A stretch of 64,000 nucleotides of DNA from positions 61,528,424 to 61,592,423 of the forward strand of contig JARDVH010000025.1 of the NCBI GenBank assembly GCA_030324005.1, in the 5' to 3' direction. Of the stretch, positions 1 to 13,694 are shown piece after piece; the stretch's first letter is position 1; every line of letters begins with the position of its first letter. Both the position numbers and the translations under genes were made by a program. Source of the DNA: Negaprion brevirostris (lineage: Eukaryota). The notes under the pieces were generated by a model, which saw only the letters and a program-made list of their open reading frames with translations, was not told the DNA's origin and made no database searches.

Positions 1-420
1 GGAGGTCTTATGAGGACAGGTTGAGAGAGCTGGGGCTTTTCTCTTTAGAGCAGAGGAGGATGAGAGGCAACTTAATCGAGGTTTATAATGATGACAGGGA
101 TAGATAGAGTGGGCATGCAGAGACTATTTCCTTGGGTGGATGTAGCTGTTACTGGGGGGCGTAACTATAAGGTTCATGGTGGGAGATATAGGAGGGATGT
201 CCGAGGTAGATTCTTCACTCAGCGAGTGGCTGGGGTGTGGAATAGACTGCCTGCTGTGATAGTGGAGTCGGACACTTTAGGAACTTTCAAGCAGTTACTG
301 GATAGGCATATGGAGCACACCAGAATGACAGGGAGTGGGATAGCTAGATCTTGGGATTGGACATAGCTCAGCACAACATTGAGGGCCGAAGGGCCTGTAC
401 TGTGCTGTAATGTTCTATGT
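1..420 (+). mobile_element. CR1-clade LINE 3' end
   Basis: ORF2 C-terminus remnants ([21 protein letters not shown]; FFTQRVAGVWNRLP) and gggccgaagggcctgt...ttctatgt tail. Confidence 0.9.
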
Positions 421-459
421 GAAGTTTATATTTTAAATGAGGAAGCAAAACCTGTTTCT

Positions 460-750
460 AAATTTATTTACTGGTGTCACAAGTCGGCTTACATTAACAC
501 TGCAATGGAGTTACTGTGAAAATCCCCTAGTGGCCACACTCTGGCTCCTGTTTGGGTACACTGAGGGAGAATTTAGCATGGTCAGTGCACCTAACCAGCA
601 AATCTTTTGGACTGCGGGAGGAAACTGGAGCACCTGGAGGAAATCCATGCAGACGCAGGGAGAACGTGCAGACTCCACAAAGACAGTGACCCAAGCTGAG
701 AATCAAACCCAGATCCCTGGCACTGTGAGGCAGCACTGCTAACCATCATC
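460..750 (-). mobile_element. tRNA-derived V-SINE (HE1-like)
   Basis: Minus strand has an A-box-like tggttagc, a B-box-like gggtttgattc and the V-domain tgcacgttctccc..gtgctccagtttcctccc. Confidence 0.85.
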
Positions 751-1223
751 ATGTCTGGAAGGTATCAGATGCTTTACAGATTAACATATCTAAATAATGG
801 GTGACTTCGTTTAATCCAATGAGGCAAACTAGCATTATCACTTGTAAATTCTCATTTTATCAATGGCAGACATTCCACTGATTAGCAAAAGTAAGGTGGA
901 AAGAAAAGCAAATCTTGAGTGAGGATTTATCTAATCGTAATGCACTTTACTTTCTTACCTTCAAATAAACCTTTTAGGCATTAACTAGGTTTTTAAAAAG
1001 TTCATAACTAAATGAACATTTTCAAATCAACAAGGTAATGAGTCCATTTATGCAGGTAAACATTTTCCTTGCACATTATATATCCATTTTATTGAAGTGT
1101 GTTGAAAAGGTAAGGGAAGGTGAGAATGCCAGAAACACAAATAAGTGGAGTCTGTACAATAAAAATCAGCACAAAAACAATTCACATAACAAGAGGAATA
1201 AAATCTGGTGCAAGAACACTTAC

Positions 1224-1349
1224 CCTGGTAAGGTTGCATATCCTGAAGATCCGACTTACTAAATCACAATCCATTGAACAAGAAATGCATCCAACTTGGA
1301 TTGGCCCATATCGAAGTGTCCCCTCTTCTGGCCAATACTGTGGACATCC
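1224..1349 (-). CDS. PTPRK: PTPRK exon (126 nt): GCPQYWPEEGTLRYGPIQVGCISCSMDCDLVSRIFRICNLTR (D2)
   Basis: attag|GGA TGT ... ACC AGG|gtaagt. Confidence 0.95.
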
Positions 1350-3384
1350 CTAATTTACAAAAACAAATTTGAATTTCATGGTCACATGAGCCATAAAGCA
1401 ACATATTGACATAGTGATAAAAGCAGTAATGGACAGTGAGTCTGCAAAACTGTCAACTATTTGTTATGGAGGAGTATTTTTTGATATAATTTCAGGTATT
1501 TTTGAGACCTCTTTACTGAATGCTGTAACCATAAAAGTACAAATCATTTTTTGTACAATTGCTGCATAAAAAAAAAGTAACATCGGCATGTGTTTCTTGT
1601 CTGATTACCCTAACAAATCCTTAATTCTGCACAACACATCTATTAAGAGGAGGTAATGTACTGTCACATTTAACAGTACATCTGATGATGAACCAACCAA
1701 CAGCAAGAAAAGGATTGCATTCAAATCTGAGCAATTAGCAGGTAATAAGTGTAATAAAATGACAGCCAATAAACATCTCACGTATGAAACTTCCTAACCT
1801 AATTCCCTTATCTCCCATGAGATTATCTTTACTGATTCTCCACCATCAATGGGTCACCAATGACATGATACATAACTGGAGAAATCATAAACTATGGAGC
1901 AGCTGAACATGTGATCAATGGTTCATCATCTGACCTCTCCAGACTTTCTCTGGCCATAAATACAATGGAATATTCACCAATTGCTCACTGGGTTCAACTT
2001 GTTACAATCTATGAGCAAGCAGTCTGCTTGCTTGGCAACACTATAAATGGACTTGATTGATCTCCACAACAAGTGCACTGTGACTACGTTCTGACTAAAA
2101 CAAGATGCATTGCAACAACTCATCAACGGTACATTCAAAACCTCTAACTCCAAAAATGCTACCATACCAGCAAAAACACTATTTCTCTGCCCTTGTTTTT
2201 GTTTGGCTGGTTAACGTCTGTTGTAGGTAAAATGCTGACCTTTCAAAATGGCAATTGTGAAGGTGGGTAAATCTGTTTTGAAGTTAATTGATGTTAAATA
2301 TTCAATTATCGGGTGCTGCAGATTTTGATGGTTCCAATTAGACTTCACCTAGTTTTTTATTGATTGAAGGCAGCAAAGCAAGTGGAAGAACTAAAGATCT
2401 AAATTATCTGTGTCTTTTGGGAACCTGATCTCTTATGACATACATTATTGACAATGAAGAGGTACCAGCTGTTACATCTGTGAATTACACAGCATGATTA
2501 CTATTGAGGAAGAATTTCTTATTTAGGATGTTGTTTACAACTTTCACTGTTGAAATAAATAAGTGAAACAAAAGTTTCAAGTAAATAACAAACAGAATGC
2601 TGGAACTCTGAAAGGAAACAAAATGTTAGAAATGCAAAGCAGGTTGATTTGGAGAAACAGTAAGTTTAGTGTTCCATCATAAATGTTAATAGCATAATAA
2701 TTCAGAAACACACGTCAGTTTGTATTATAGACCTTGCAGAAGCAGAGTAAATGTTTTTAGCAAATCGTGTTTTGCAAAAAAAACTAAATGAATATTACAA
2801 ATGACCAGATTAATAGCTTTTTATAAATTGACAACTGTATTGTTTCCCTTCTAATTTCTAATGCTACTCATCTTTTCCCTCGCAAAACGTTCCTTGGCTC
2901 TTGGTTATTAATCTAATGTTGCATCAATTTGGAAAATTTGAAATGAACTAAAATGTACTGTAACTTATAATGAAGTTGAAGTCCCTTGTGCACTAAAAGC
3001 CAATTCAATCTTTCTCCCTAGAGCAATGGAAAGTCTGGTATTCCAGGCTGGCAATGTGCCTCCTTTTCTTTGCCATGTTCTCATTGCTATTTAAAGGCAT
3101 TTGCTTCAGACAAAGTTCTCCAGAATGGAACACTGAATAACCAAGACAGGCTGATCAGTGGAGACATCTACAGACTATCAAATCTTTGCTCTGCATAAGG
3201 ACAAAGTTGTTTTTGTTCCTTTACTTATATAATTTTTATTTCTTCTGTTTTAACTCACAGCTTATTAGCTAGCTATTTATTACCACCCTAATGTAAAATT
3301 AATGGTTGTGTGTGAAGCATTTTTGTTTACATCATTTTTGTTTCATTTTAGCTAATTCAAACCATCAATAATTTCAACTACAAC

Positions 3385-3660
3385 TAAATGAGGATGAGAG
3401 GGGGGACTTAGTGGTAGGGGATGGGGAAATGGCTGAGGTCTTGAATAACTTTTTTGTTTCGGTCTNNNNNNNNNNNNNNNNNNNNNNNNNNNNNNNNNNN
3501 NNNNNNNNNNNNNNNNNNNNNNNNNNNNNNNNNNNNNNNNNNNNNNNNNNNNNNNNNNNNNNNNNAGCCACGACAGATCAGCCATGATCTTATTGAATGG
3601 CGGGGCAGGCTCAAAGGGCTGGATGGCCTACTCCTGCTCCTAATTCTTATGTTCTTATGT
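3385..3660 (+). mobile_element. CR1 LINE spanning an assembly gap
   Basis: EMAEVLNNFFVSV coding remnant left of the gap; 3' UTR gatcagccatgatcttattgaatggcgg..ttcttatg right of it. Confidence 0.85.
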
Positions 3661-3829
3661 TAAACCCTTCTGAAGACGACATTCCGCAGCCAGTTTATTC
3701 TGATGTGTGCGATATTCTAGATTGCTGCACAGTTGCACAACTTATAACAAAATAATCTTATGATTAAATCTTATAATGAAAGCTAGATCCCACTGGGTCC
3801 ACCTTTCCCTATTCCCCAAAGGTCCCAAC

Positions 3830-4190
3830 TCACCTCCACCTCTCCCTGCTCCCAACCAGCCTCCCTATCTTTGCCCTTTCCACGCACACACACACCCCCA
3901 TCCTCCCTCTTCATGCGTACACTCAGCCCGCCACTCATTCCCATCCTCGCTCTCTGTACACGTACTCACCCTATCCTCCAAGTGTACACATTCACCAGCA
4001 TCTTCCCTCTCCGTGCACACTCACCTATCCTACACCTCCAAACACACATCCGCACTCACTCTCTCTCCAAGCACACATCCACACTCTCTCTTCACACATG
4101 TCCCCATCCACTCCTTCCTCACAAATGTCCCCATCTCCTCTTCTAGATTCTTGCCCATCTTCCCATTACTTACGCATGTCCCGTCCCCTT
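3830..4190. repeat. C/A/T-rich low-complexity tract
   Basis: Degenerate cacac/ctctc/ccatcc runs with very few G on the + strand. Confidence 0.7.
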
Positions 4191-5130
4191 GTTGCATGTT
4201 TACACAACAGAGGGTGCATTGCTCTTGAGGTGCAAATGTTTGAAACCATGCTGGCTGACTGAACTAAATATAGGACAAGGTGGACAGAGCTTAGAACAAA
4301 TCAAAGCTCTACAATACATTCTTACAACATGACTGCAAATATTGCTTTGCAAGCAATCATAGGCTATGTAAAGTAACAAAAATGAATCGTTATTCCAACG
4401 ACAAATAGATTAATGCTGAGCTAGAAATTTTGCATGCAGGGTTTGAAGATGGAAGTTTCATTATGAGCAGAGACTGCACTAATCCACCTCCTCTTGAAAC
4501 ATGCAAAGAAGGTGCAATTGACGAAATGATGATATTTTAGATTAAATGTTTTCCCAAAATCAAAGTTAAACAAATTTTGGGTATTAAAATGCATATAAAT
4601 AATACATTTTGAACATGCTTTCTGGTTCAGTACTGATCGATTTTTTGATAGTGGGTTCAAAGAATATTTTATCACAAATGAAGCAAGGCGCCTGGGTGTG
4701 ATTGTTGTCAGTGCAGATTTGATGGGCCTTCTGCACTATAAGGGAATCTGTGAAATCATCTGCCTTTCAAACTAGTAGTGTAAAATAAAATTTGAAGGAC
4801 CATAACTCTATGAAAAGTCGTCAACCAAGTGAAAAAAAAATGAAAAACAGGAGCAGAACTTAAAAACACTGATTTTACACTAAGTAGTTTGAGGGCCGAT
4901 ATCATGAAGGGTGGACAAGTGGGGCACTTTGTTTGTGTAACAATTTCATTTTTATTAAACGTGCTGTGTTTTGTTGAGCAGCAAAATGAATTAACAGAAA
5001 TATGCAGTCTGCTCATTTACGTGGTCACATTTTTAAATTACATAATAAATTGTTTAAGTGAACTTGAGTTGTTCTGTAAACATTGAAACAATCCTATATT
5101 TTTCCACAATTTCAAGATCACTGTAGATAC

Positions 5131-5262
5131 CTGCACAAGGTCCAGTTCATTGAGCATTACAATAGAAGTGCAGCCATAGTCATATACCAATCTCCAGAAG
5201 TCTTTGACTGTATTTGGCAAAGGATGCTGGGTGACTATAAAGGCAGCTGGCTGTCTGTAACT
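5131..5262 (-). CDS. PTPRK: PTPRK exon (132 nt): [44 protein letters not shown] (D2)
   Basis: ttgcag|AGT TAC ... GTG CAG|gtatct. Confidence 0.95.
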
Positions 5263-5684
5263 CTGCAAAGAAATTAAGAGGATAAAATAATAAAACTTTT
5301 TAAAAAAAAATCACTGGAAAGCAAAAATCACTCAATATTAATTTGATGGTAAGGTTTTTGCCAAGGTTTCCTGAACTGCACATTAAAGGATATCAACTGG
5401 GGAAATTGCTCAAAGGTTTCATTCTGTGTTCTAGATGCTGAGAAGCATGCAGCTATGGTGTGTAGTTATAGCCTACAACTTGCCCTTCAAGTTTCAATTA
5501 TCTCTATGTGACATCCCTCGTGTTCCAGCTGAATCTGCAATATTACTGGTTGTTGCAAAAGGGGAAATCAAACTGGTTTCCCATATATGTTGCAGTATTA
5601 AGCCAAATTGTAAATGAAATGACCAAAAAAAAAATTGCATGTGCTTATACCTTTTTAAATCTAGTATTAAAATGGAACACATAC

Positions 5685-5858
5685 ATCCATAAGGGCAGCA
5701 TTGATATAGTTGCTGCTTTCACCATCAATGGTAATTAAGAATGGTAGACATCTGTCTGGTGGCAGCGCGTCCATGTATCGATTCTTTTCATGATTCCTGG
5801 GAAGAAGGGCTATGCTGCAGTCTTCAGGTTGTAGTTGAGAAGAGACAGAATTTAGTGT
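5685..5858 (-). CDS. PTPRK: PTPRK exon (174 nt): [58 protein letters not shown] (D2)
   Basis: ccacag|ACA CTA ... ATG GAT|gtatgt. Confidence 0.95.
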
Positions 5859-6797
5859 CTGTGGCAAGAAAAAACAACATACTTCAGTATTAGCCATTGT
5901 AGAAGTTGATATTTTTAATATAAATGCCTGATTAATATACAAGTGGAGGATTCATCAAGAACACACCCTTGTATATAAAATATTAATGAGTTAAAGCACA
6001 TGATTTGGATGACAGCTGCACCAACTGTGCCAGCAGTTTAATTAAAATTCAAATCACGAAATCACGTTTGCAGTTTCAGCATTTCTCTATCTGTGTAAGT
6101 ACTGAAGACTCAATAAGACCCATGGGCTAGAGAATCAGTATGGAAAATCTGTAACTAATTGATCAAGCAGCACAGCACACAACTTCATTTGGTACCCATA
6201 AAAATAAATATGCTGGTGCTTGAGGAGGATTGCCCTGTCATAGTTTCCAGGTGTCTGTCCCCAGAGAAGAACAGTTTCATTGACATCAGGAGGTGCATCT
6301 AAAGCTTGATGGTATGCACAGTGCATGATTGCTATCTACAATGGTCTGCATTCTTGGCAGTCTTTTCAGCTGGAACAAATTATGTATTCCATCGAACTTA
6401 GCCCCTCTTTACAAAGACATTGGCCATTTTTCAGTTTTACAAATGAAAGCAATTGTAATGGACAGTTGACAACACAAGTTTTGCAATACAAAATAATCAT
6501 ATCCATCAACAACACAGCTATCTAAATGTAAACTAATAAATATGGTAAGTTTAAAAAAAAAACTGCAGCCAGCAGTATTACATTTTACACTTTGAAGAAG
6601 CCAAATTTTACAGGCTAGACCATTCATACAGTTACCTCCACTTTCTCCAAACTCCAATTTGACTGGTCCAAATGTGTTATAAATTTATGGAAAATCAAGT
6701 GGCCATCAGAAACTGAAAGCATAAATGCTTTGAAATAATGCCAAGTGCTGAATTGAAGTGTGTAAAGCACCAGGACTTGTACCCGAAGCTTACTTAC

Positions 6798-6947
6798 TTG
6801 AAATTCATCTTTAAGTTGTGAGGAGTTACTTTGCGAATCAACTCTTGTCATTTCATAATATGTTGGCTTGACCTCGCATGTTGGTATTGAAGTGTCCCCA
6901 CACAGACAAGCCTCTAGGATGGCATCATGAATGAAAATGTATTGTTC
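6798..6947 (-). CDS. PTPRK: PTPRK exon (150 nt): [50 protein letters not shown] (D1-D2 linker)
   Basis: tttaag|GAA CAA ... TTT CAA|gtaagt. Confidence 0.95.
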
Positions 6948-7204
6948 CTTAAAAATAACACTTCTAGTCAGTAACAAGTTCTTACTTTGCAGTTATTAAA
7001 TGAATTAATTGCATCTGAGGATTATCTGCTGTGGCAAGTGGTTCCCTGGAAACAGAAACTCAAACAAATTATATCCTTGGATACCAGGCTACTTACATGA
7101 AGTACATTTTTGCCATTTAGTGACAGGAAATTTGAAATAAGAGTAAATTAATCCTGTGTGTTTCATAAAGATCTAAAAAGTGCATAGGAAAATCAGAAAT
7201 GTTT

Positions 7205-7635
7205 GACATTTGACAAGTTTATTGGATTTCTATGAGGATGTGACTAGTGTGGTAGACAGAGGGGAACCGGTGGACGTGTTTTTAGATTTCCAAAAGGCAT
7301 TTGATAAGGTGCCTTACAAAAGGTTGCTACAGAAGGTTAGGGGTGCACGGAATTGGGGGTAAGGTGTTAGCGTGGATAGAGGATTGGCTGTCTAATAGGA
7401 AGCAGAGAGTTGGTATCAATGGGTGCTATNNNNNNNNNNNNNNNNNNNNNNNNNNNNNNNNNNNNNNNNNNNNNNNNNNNNNNNNNNNNNNNNNNNNNNN
7501 NNNNNNNNNNNNNNNNNNNNNNNNNNNNNGGAATTAAGGGTTATGGGGAGAAAGCGGGAAAGTGGAACTGATCCACCTCAGATCAGCCATGATCTTATTG
7601 AATGGCCTACTCCTGCTCCTATTTCTTATGTTCTT
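7205..7635 (+). mobile_element. CR1 LINE (RT fragment, gap, 3' tail)
   Basis: LDFQKAFDKVP and WIEDWLSNRKQRVGING remnants; same 3' UTR as the 3385-3660 copy. Confidence 0.88.
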
Positions 7636-8299
7636 AGAAATACTAATGAATTAAAACAATTTTTTTTTAGTATCAATCCTCAGCCCACCATCGGTGTTCT
7701 TCACAATTTTGGCTTTTGGTGTCAAAAAAGGTTTTGCAAGCAGATATTGTTGAGATGTTTACCTCTAAAACAGATGCCAGAGGTTGAGGTAGAAGGAATT
7801 GAATAGTAAGAGAATTCAAAGCTACTTCCCCATCTCTTGTCATGCCTTGTCCCTCTCCCGGGAAATAACGGTAAGGATTAATGAAGAAAATAAAAGCGAA
7901 GTTAAAATAAGTATAAAATGGGTGGTGAAAAGAACAAAAGCTGATGTTAAGCAGAATCATAGTGTTAATTAAAAGATAATTGAAATCATTTATTTTTGTA
8001 CTTTAGGTATAATAAAGGTATGCATGAGACTGTATTATGGTAATCTAAGTGTTTGTTTTAAGCCCATTGTTCACAAGTATTCTCAAGCCCTTCTGGAGAC
8101 CCTCATCTCCTGAGCTTGTGAGAGGTTGAAGGTACTTTAACCGCAACCTAATGGAACAGTAAAATTAGCAGACACATACATTCACTATTTACCAAAAACC
8201 TTGCATCCTAAATATAATTCTATAAAGATAGAAACTAGCTTTTCTTGATGAGCGTTCAAAGCGGAGACCACAGACCAAATGCTAATCATCCTGTTGTTC

Positions 8300-8620
8300 C
8301 TGAGGGACAATAGATAATTTAGTTGAAAAGGCAGTCACGAGGGGATATGGGTTCAAAGTGAGAGGCAGGAAGTTTAGAGGGGATGTGAAGAAAAACTTTT
8401 TTACCCAAAGGGTGGTGATAGTCTGGAATGCGCTGCCTGAGANNNNNNNNNNTTGCCTTACATCCATTAAAAACTATGTGGATGAGCACTTGGCACATCA
8501 TAAAATTCAAGGCAATGGGCCAAGTGTTGGTAAATGGGATTTGATGGGAGTTTGGGTGTTTCTAGTGTGTCGGTGCAGACCTGATGGGCCGAAAAGCCTC
8601 TAATGCACTGTATGATTCTG
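8300..8620 (+). mobile_element. CR1 LINE 3' end
   Basis: FRGDVKKNFFTQRVVIVWNALPE. Confidence 0.85.
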
Positions 8621-9959
8621 AGGTGCAAATTCCACTTACTGCTCAATGATCAAAGGCAATCAATGAAGCAACAAAAGAAAAAATGAAGTTGAAATAAGCA
8701 CAAGATGGGAAATGAAAACAACAAAGGCTGACATTAAACAGTGCTTACTTGAAAATAATTGAAATTATTTAGTTTTGCTGTTTAAGTTTAATATTATAAT
8801 AATAAAGATATGTCTGAAATTTTATCATGTATTTAAGTTGTTCACTGGGTCACTTGTTTAAGCAACAAAAGCCTTGAAACAAGGAATATGCCCCCACCCC
8901 ATGACAGGATCTTTTGCTTTTCAAGCTTCCCACTTGATGAGACTCATCTTTCGCTGGCTGAATAACAGCTCCGACAGGATGCAATTGTTAAATAGCAATT
9001 TCCCACTTAAAGGCTGCTATGAGCATGGAAGTGGAAAGGTTGCCCATAGTTTTTTCCAACCAATACCAAATCAGATCAGAGGTGTGAAGGAATTGGGGTC
9101 CCCACGCCCACCCCCACAATCCCCACCTGATTAAATGCCTTCGAATTCAGCTAGGGAAAGTGCACTAAATTCAGCCCATTAAATACCTTGCATAAGCAAA
9201 TAAGGGGCCTAATGCATCCAAAAGCTTTCTACTTCAAAACTGAGAGAAATCAGAACCTGAGATTGCCAGCCACGCATGATAAGTTCTTCACTTTCACCTA
9301 CCTTGAATGTGGACCACAGAGAGGTTGGATCCTCGAGAGCTTGCCACCATGACTGACTCTCACATCCTCAAGCTCCCGCAGTCCGACATCCCCTAGATTC
9401 TCAACTCTGATTACCCCACAGCCTCTATCTAATCTTAGTCTCCACATAACTTATTCTATGTGCTGTTGTGCCTCACCGACTCCATTACAATGTAGACTGT
9501 GGTCCAATGTAGAGGGATCTTGGGCCTCATGAATCAGGCACATGCCTTAATTTACGGATTTTTCTACTTTAAGTGGCTGAACCATCAACGATGTTTCATT
9601 CAGCAAAATGCTAGATGTGAATGTCATTCAGAAATATTAATGTAACTCATAGAAAGTACTGGAAATGATTTCATTGGCTAAAAGCTCCCAGCAGCAAATA
9701 ATAACTTGTCTTTCCACCAAAGAAAGATTACTGTCCCATGGGCTTTAATACCCACTGCTGCAACCATGTAAAGAGAGTAATTGGAGCTTCATGGAAAAGC
9801 ACTTTCCATATAACATCAATTTGAGGCTCTGTCAGAGACGACTGAAACAAATGATCAAGGACTTTGGACTGCTAACTTTTTAAAATTTTAAAACCAGTTC
9901 ACATATTTTGCAAGCCTACTATTTTATTTTTAATATCTCGCTATGCATTTCTGTCTCTG

Positions 9960-11620
9960 AGCAGTGTGATACTGAAGCAATCCATGGCTACGTGCAGCAA
10001 GACCCAAACAACACTCAGGATTTGGCTGTTAAGTGGCAAGAAACATTCATGCCTCACAATATCATCTTCAACAAGGGAGAATCTAACCAATTCTCTTGTT
10101 ATTTAATGGCGTTACCATCAATGAATTTCCTATTATCAATATAATGGGATGACCATTGATCAGAAAATGAAGCGGATTAGCCATATATGATGTTGTGGCG
10201 ACAACATCATGTCATAGACTGGGAGTTCTGGTGTGAGTAACTCATCTCCTGACCCGTCCAGAGCCTGTCCAGCATCTACAAGGCACAGATCAGGAGTGTG
10301 GTGCAATACTCCCCATTTGCCTGGATCAGTGCAGCTCCAACAACACTCAAGAAGCTCAACATCATCCACCACAAAGTACCAACCTAAACATTCATTCTCT
10401 ACACCACTTACATACAATGGCAGCAGTGTGTACCATCTACATAATTCAATTAGCAACTCAGCAAGGTTCCTCTGACAGCATCTTCCAAACCAGCAACCTT
10501 TACCACCTAGAAGGGCAAGGACAGTGAATGCATAGGAACACCATCACCTGCAAGTTTCCCTTCAAGTCACACATCAGCCTTGGAAATATATCGCTGTTCC
10601 TTCACTGTTGCTAAGTCAAAATCTTGGCACTCCCATCTTAACAGAGGGTGGTTGTGGAGAGTTGTTTTTCAAAATGAGGTTTAATTTAGATAAATGCAAG
10701 ATGATGCATTTTGTTCGACTGAACCAGGGCAGGACTTACTCAGTTAATGGTAGGGTGTTGGAAAGAGTTATAAAACAAAGAGATTTAGGGCTACAGGCTC
10801 ATTGTTTCTTGAAAATGGAGTCACAGGATGACAGATTGGTGAAGGCGGCAGTTGGCATGCTTGGTTTCATTGGTCAGAACATTGAATACAGGAGTTGGGA
10901 CATCTTGTTCAAGTTGTACAAGACATCGGTGAGGCTACACTTGTGATCCTATGTACAGTTCACGTCACCCTATTATGGTAAGGATATTACTAAACTAGAA
11001 AAAGTGCAACAAAGATTTACTAGGATGCTACCGTGACTTGATGGTTTGAGTTAAGAGAGGCTGGATAGACTGGGACATTTTTCTCTGGAGCGTAGTAGGC
11101 TGAGGGGGTGATCATATAGAAGTCAAGAAATAATGAGGAGCATAGATCAGCGAGATAGTCAATATCTTTTCCCAAAGGTAGCAGAGTCTAAAACTAGAGG
11201 GCATAGTTTTAAAATAAGAGGGAAGAGATACAAAAACATCCAGAGGGACAAATTTTTCAGAGGGTGGTGAGTGTCTGGAACAAGCTGTCAAAGGTAGTAG
11301 TAGAGGTGGTACAACTTTGTCTTTTAAGAAGCATTTAGACAGTTACAGGGGTAAGATGGGTTTAGAGGGATATGGGCCAATGCGGGCAATTGGTACTAGC
11401 TTAGAGGTTTTAAAAAAAAGGGCAGCATAGACAAGTTGGCCAAAAGACCTATTTCCATGTTGTAAACCTCTATGATAACACTACTGTGGGTGTACCTACA
11501 CCAACATTGACTGCAACAGTTCAAGGTGGAAGCTTGCTACCACCTTAAGGGTAATCTGGGATGGAAAAAATGCTGGCCTAGCCAGAAATGCCCAATCCCA
11601 GTGAAAGAATTAAAGAAAAG
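9960..11620 (+). mobile_element. Old LINE-derived repeat, split by the CR1 insertion at 10644-11475
   Basis: catctacaaggcaca..tcaggagtgtg..gtgcagctccaacaacactcaagaagct; resumes at 11481 ctactgtgggtgtacctacacc; a colinear uninterrupted copy is at 20410-21180. Confidence 0.75.
10644..11475 (+). mobile_element. 5'-truncated CR1 LINE nested in the older repeat
   Basis: FNLDKCKMMHF..RDLG..LYKTSVRLHL remnants; flanked by taaca (10639-10643 and 11476-11480). Confidence 0.85.
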
Positions 11621-12414
11621 GATTTACTGCCTTTCATAGTACAGCTATAGTAACTGAAATCCAGCTTTCCAAGAACAGGATATTTTTCTCTCGAGCAGCA
11701 CTTCTGGAACAGAATAAGCACAAGAATGAAGTGACTATTCTCAGGCTGATTCCAGAGGATATAATCAGTGAGAGTTGTGCACGCACAACACAAGTCTACT
11801 GCAACATCTTAAGATCTGCCTTCCCCTGACCCTCCCTCATTCCCTGTACACAAAGCTGCCTGTTCCACCAGCAAGAATATTCTGATTGCAATGTTCCCGG
11901 CTGCTTGCGGGCGAGAGAATCTGAAATTAGCTTCTACTCTTAATCCAATTATTGTAGTCCAAGTGACTGCTATTTTCCTGCAAGAATCACTGCTGTAAGA
12001 TTAATACATTTTTAAAAACATAGCCAGTCAAATTTTTAAATCTTCAACATTCGGCCCATAAATGGTTATAGTATTTGTAGCATGTTAGCATTCCCCATCC
12101 CATGATCCGTATCCCAGTTATTTTTATGACATTAATGATGGAATACTGTACCTCTAACCCAAATGCACTGGCTATTTCAAACTGTCTGGAGCGCAGTGGA
12201 TTTTAGCCACGTGATATAGGTCAGTTCCATACCACATGATACTTATCACAATCTTGATCAGAATGAGAATTTCAATTGATTTAAGATCTGTCTGATTACA
12301 ACAACTGCATCTCAGCCCAAACTGTAAATTGTTACTTTAAGGGTAAATGCCAAACCAACAAAAAACTGATATTGCTATTCAGCCAACTTTACAACATTTC
12401 CTTTTCTAACACAT

Positions 12415-12954
12415 AGTCAAGTCACAAAATATAACAGTAGAGAGATTATGTTAGAATTGTAAAAACCACTACTTTGGCCACAGCTAGAAAACTGCAGACA
12501 GCTTTGGATCACTGTACTATTCAAAGAATGTGGTTGCACTGAAGAGGGTACAGACAAAATTTACAAGACTGTTGCCAGAAATGGCGAATTTTAGCATGAG
12601 GAAAGAATGGATAGGCTAGGTTTGTTTTCTTTGGAACATAGGAGGCTCGAGGGGAGATTGAATTGAGGTGTACAAAACTTTAAGGGGTCTCAGTACAATG
12701 GTTTGGAAGGACTGATATTTCTCTTCACAGAGAGGTCAATAACCGGGGACATGTAATTAAAATAATTGGCAAAAGGAATTAGAGGGAAGTTGGAAGTTTT
12801 TTTTATCCAGAGGATGGTAGGGATTTGGAACTCACTTTCTGAAATGGTGGTACAGGCAGAAACTCTCACTGGATACTTTGGATATGTATTGCAAAATAAG
12901 CGCTGTAACCTACAGGGTTACAACCTACAAGAGCTGGGGAGTGCAATCAGGCTG
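12415..12954 (+). mobile_element. Decayed CR1 3' fragment
   Basis: FFIQRMVGIWNSL and LGLFSLE-type remnants. Confidence 0.8.
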
Positions 12955-13208
12955 NNNNNNNNNNNNNNNNNNNNNNNNNNNNNNNNNNNNNNNNNNNNNN
13001 NNNNNNNNNNNNNNNNNNNNNNNNNNNNNNNNNNNNNNNNNNNNNNNNNNNNNNNNNNNNNNNNNNNNNNNGATGCAGTGGGACAGCCAAAGTCCATTGG
13101 CTTTCGACAGGACCGGAAGATCCCAGAGATGGGTGGGGCTGAAAAATCCCACTTGCACACTAACTCGTAAGACTACAAGTTCTTTGATCATATCGATGTG
13201 AATCTTAC

Positions 13209-13344
13209 CTCTGTCTGAACCATATTGATGCGCCTTGACCGTAATGCTTTAACGCAGTTATAGATATCAACAACTCCTTCGCGCTCTGCCATGTCTAACA
13301 TAATATCTATAACGATATAGCATCCAGTCCTTCCAGCCCCAGCA
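13209..13344 (-). CDS. PTPRK: PTPRK exon (136 nt): (S)[45 protein letters not shown]
   Basis: ttcag|T GCT GGG ... ACA GAG|gtaaga; second half of the PTP signature motif and Q-loop. Confidence 0.95.
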
Positions 13345-13694
13345 CTGAAAATACAAAGGCAGAAATGTGAATTTCAGGTCTCGTCCCAATTGTTGGTTAT
13401 GCTTAAGTTCAGCTGACTAATCAATATTGTTATGAGAATTCTAACAGATTAAAAAAAGTTATCAATTCAATTAAAATGCAGTTTAGTTCAAAACAATAAA
13501 CTGCAGATTGTAATTTACTACAGGTTATTTTCAAAATTCCGCGTACAACCGAAGTCAAAATTTGTGAAAGGATTTAAGAAGCTGACCGAGGTAAACTTTG
13601 CTGACAAATGTTGATCATTAGGACATTAAGAATTAGAACAGGGTCCAAATGGAATCTTTCTTATTGTGATGATCAAATGAGGAGGGGTTTTACG

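Noticed and set aside
660-750. tRNA gene
   Set aside because: The A/B boxes belong to a SINE head that continues into the V-domain; there is no complete cloverleaf.
950-990. Strong donor-like AAG|gtaaga on the minus strand
   Set aside because: The most plausible upstream acceptor gives a 26-nt non-frame-preserving exon with a poor pyrimidine tract; no other support.
3776-4228. 150-aa His/Pro/Ser-rich ORF
   Set aside because: By-product of a low-complexity tract with no domain features.
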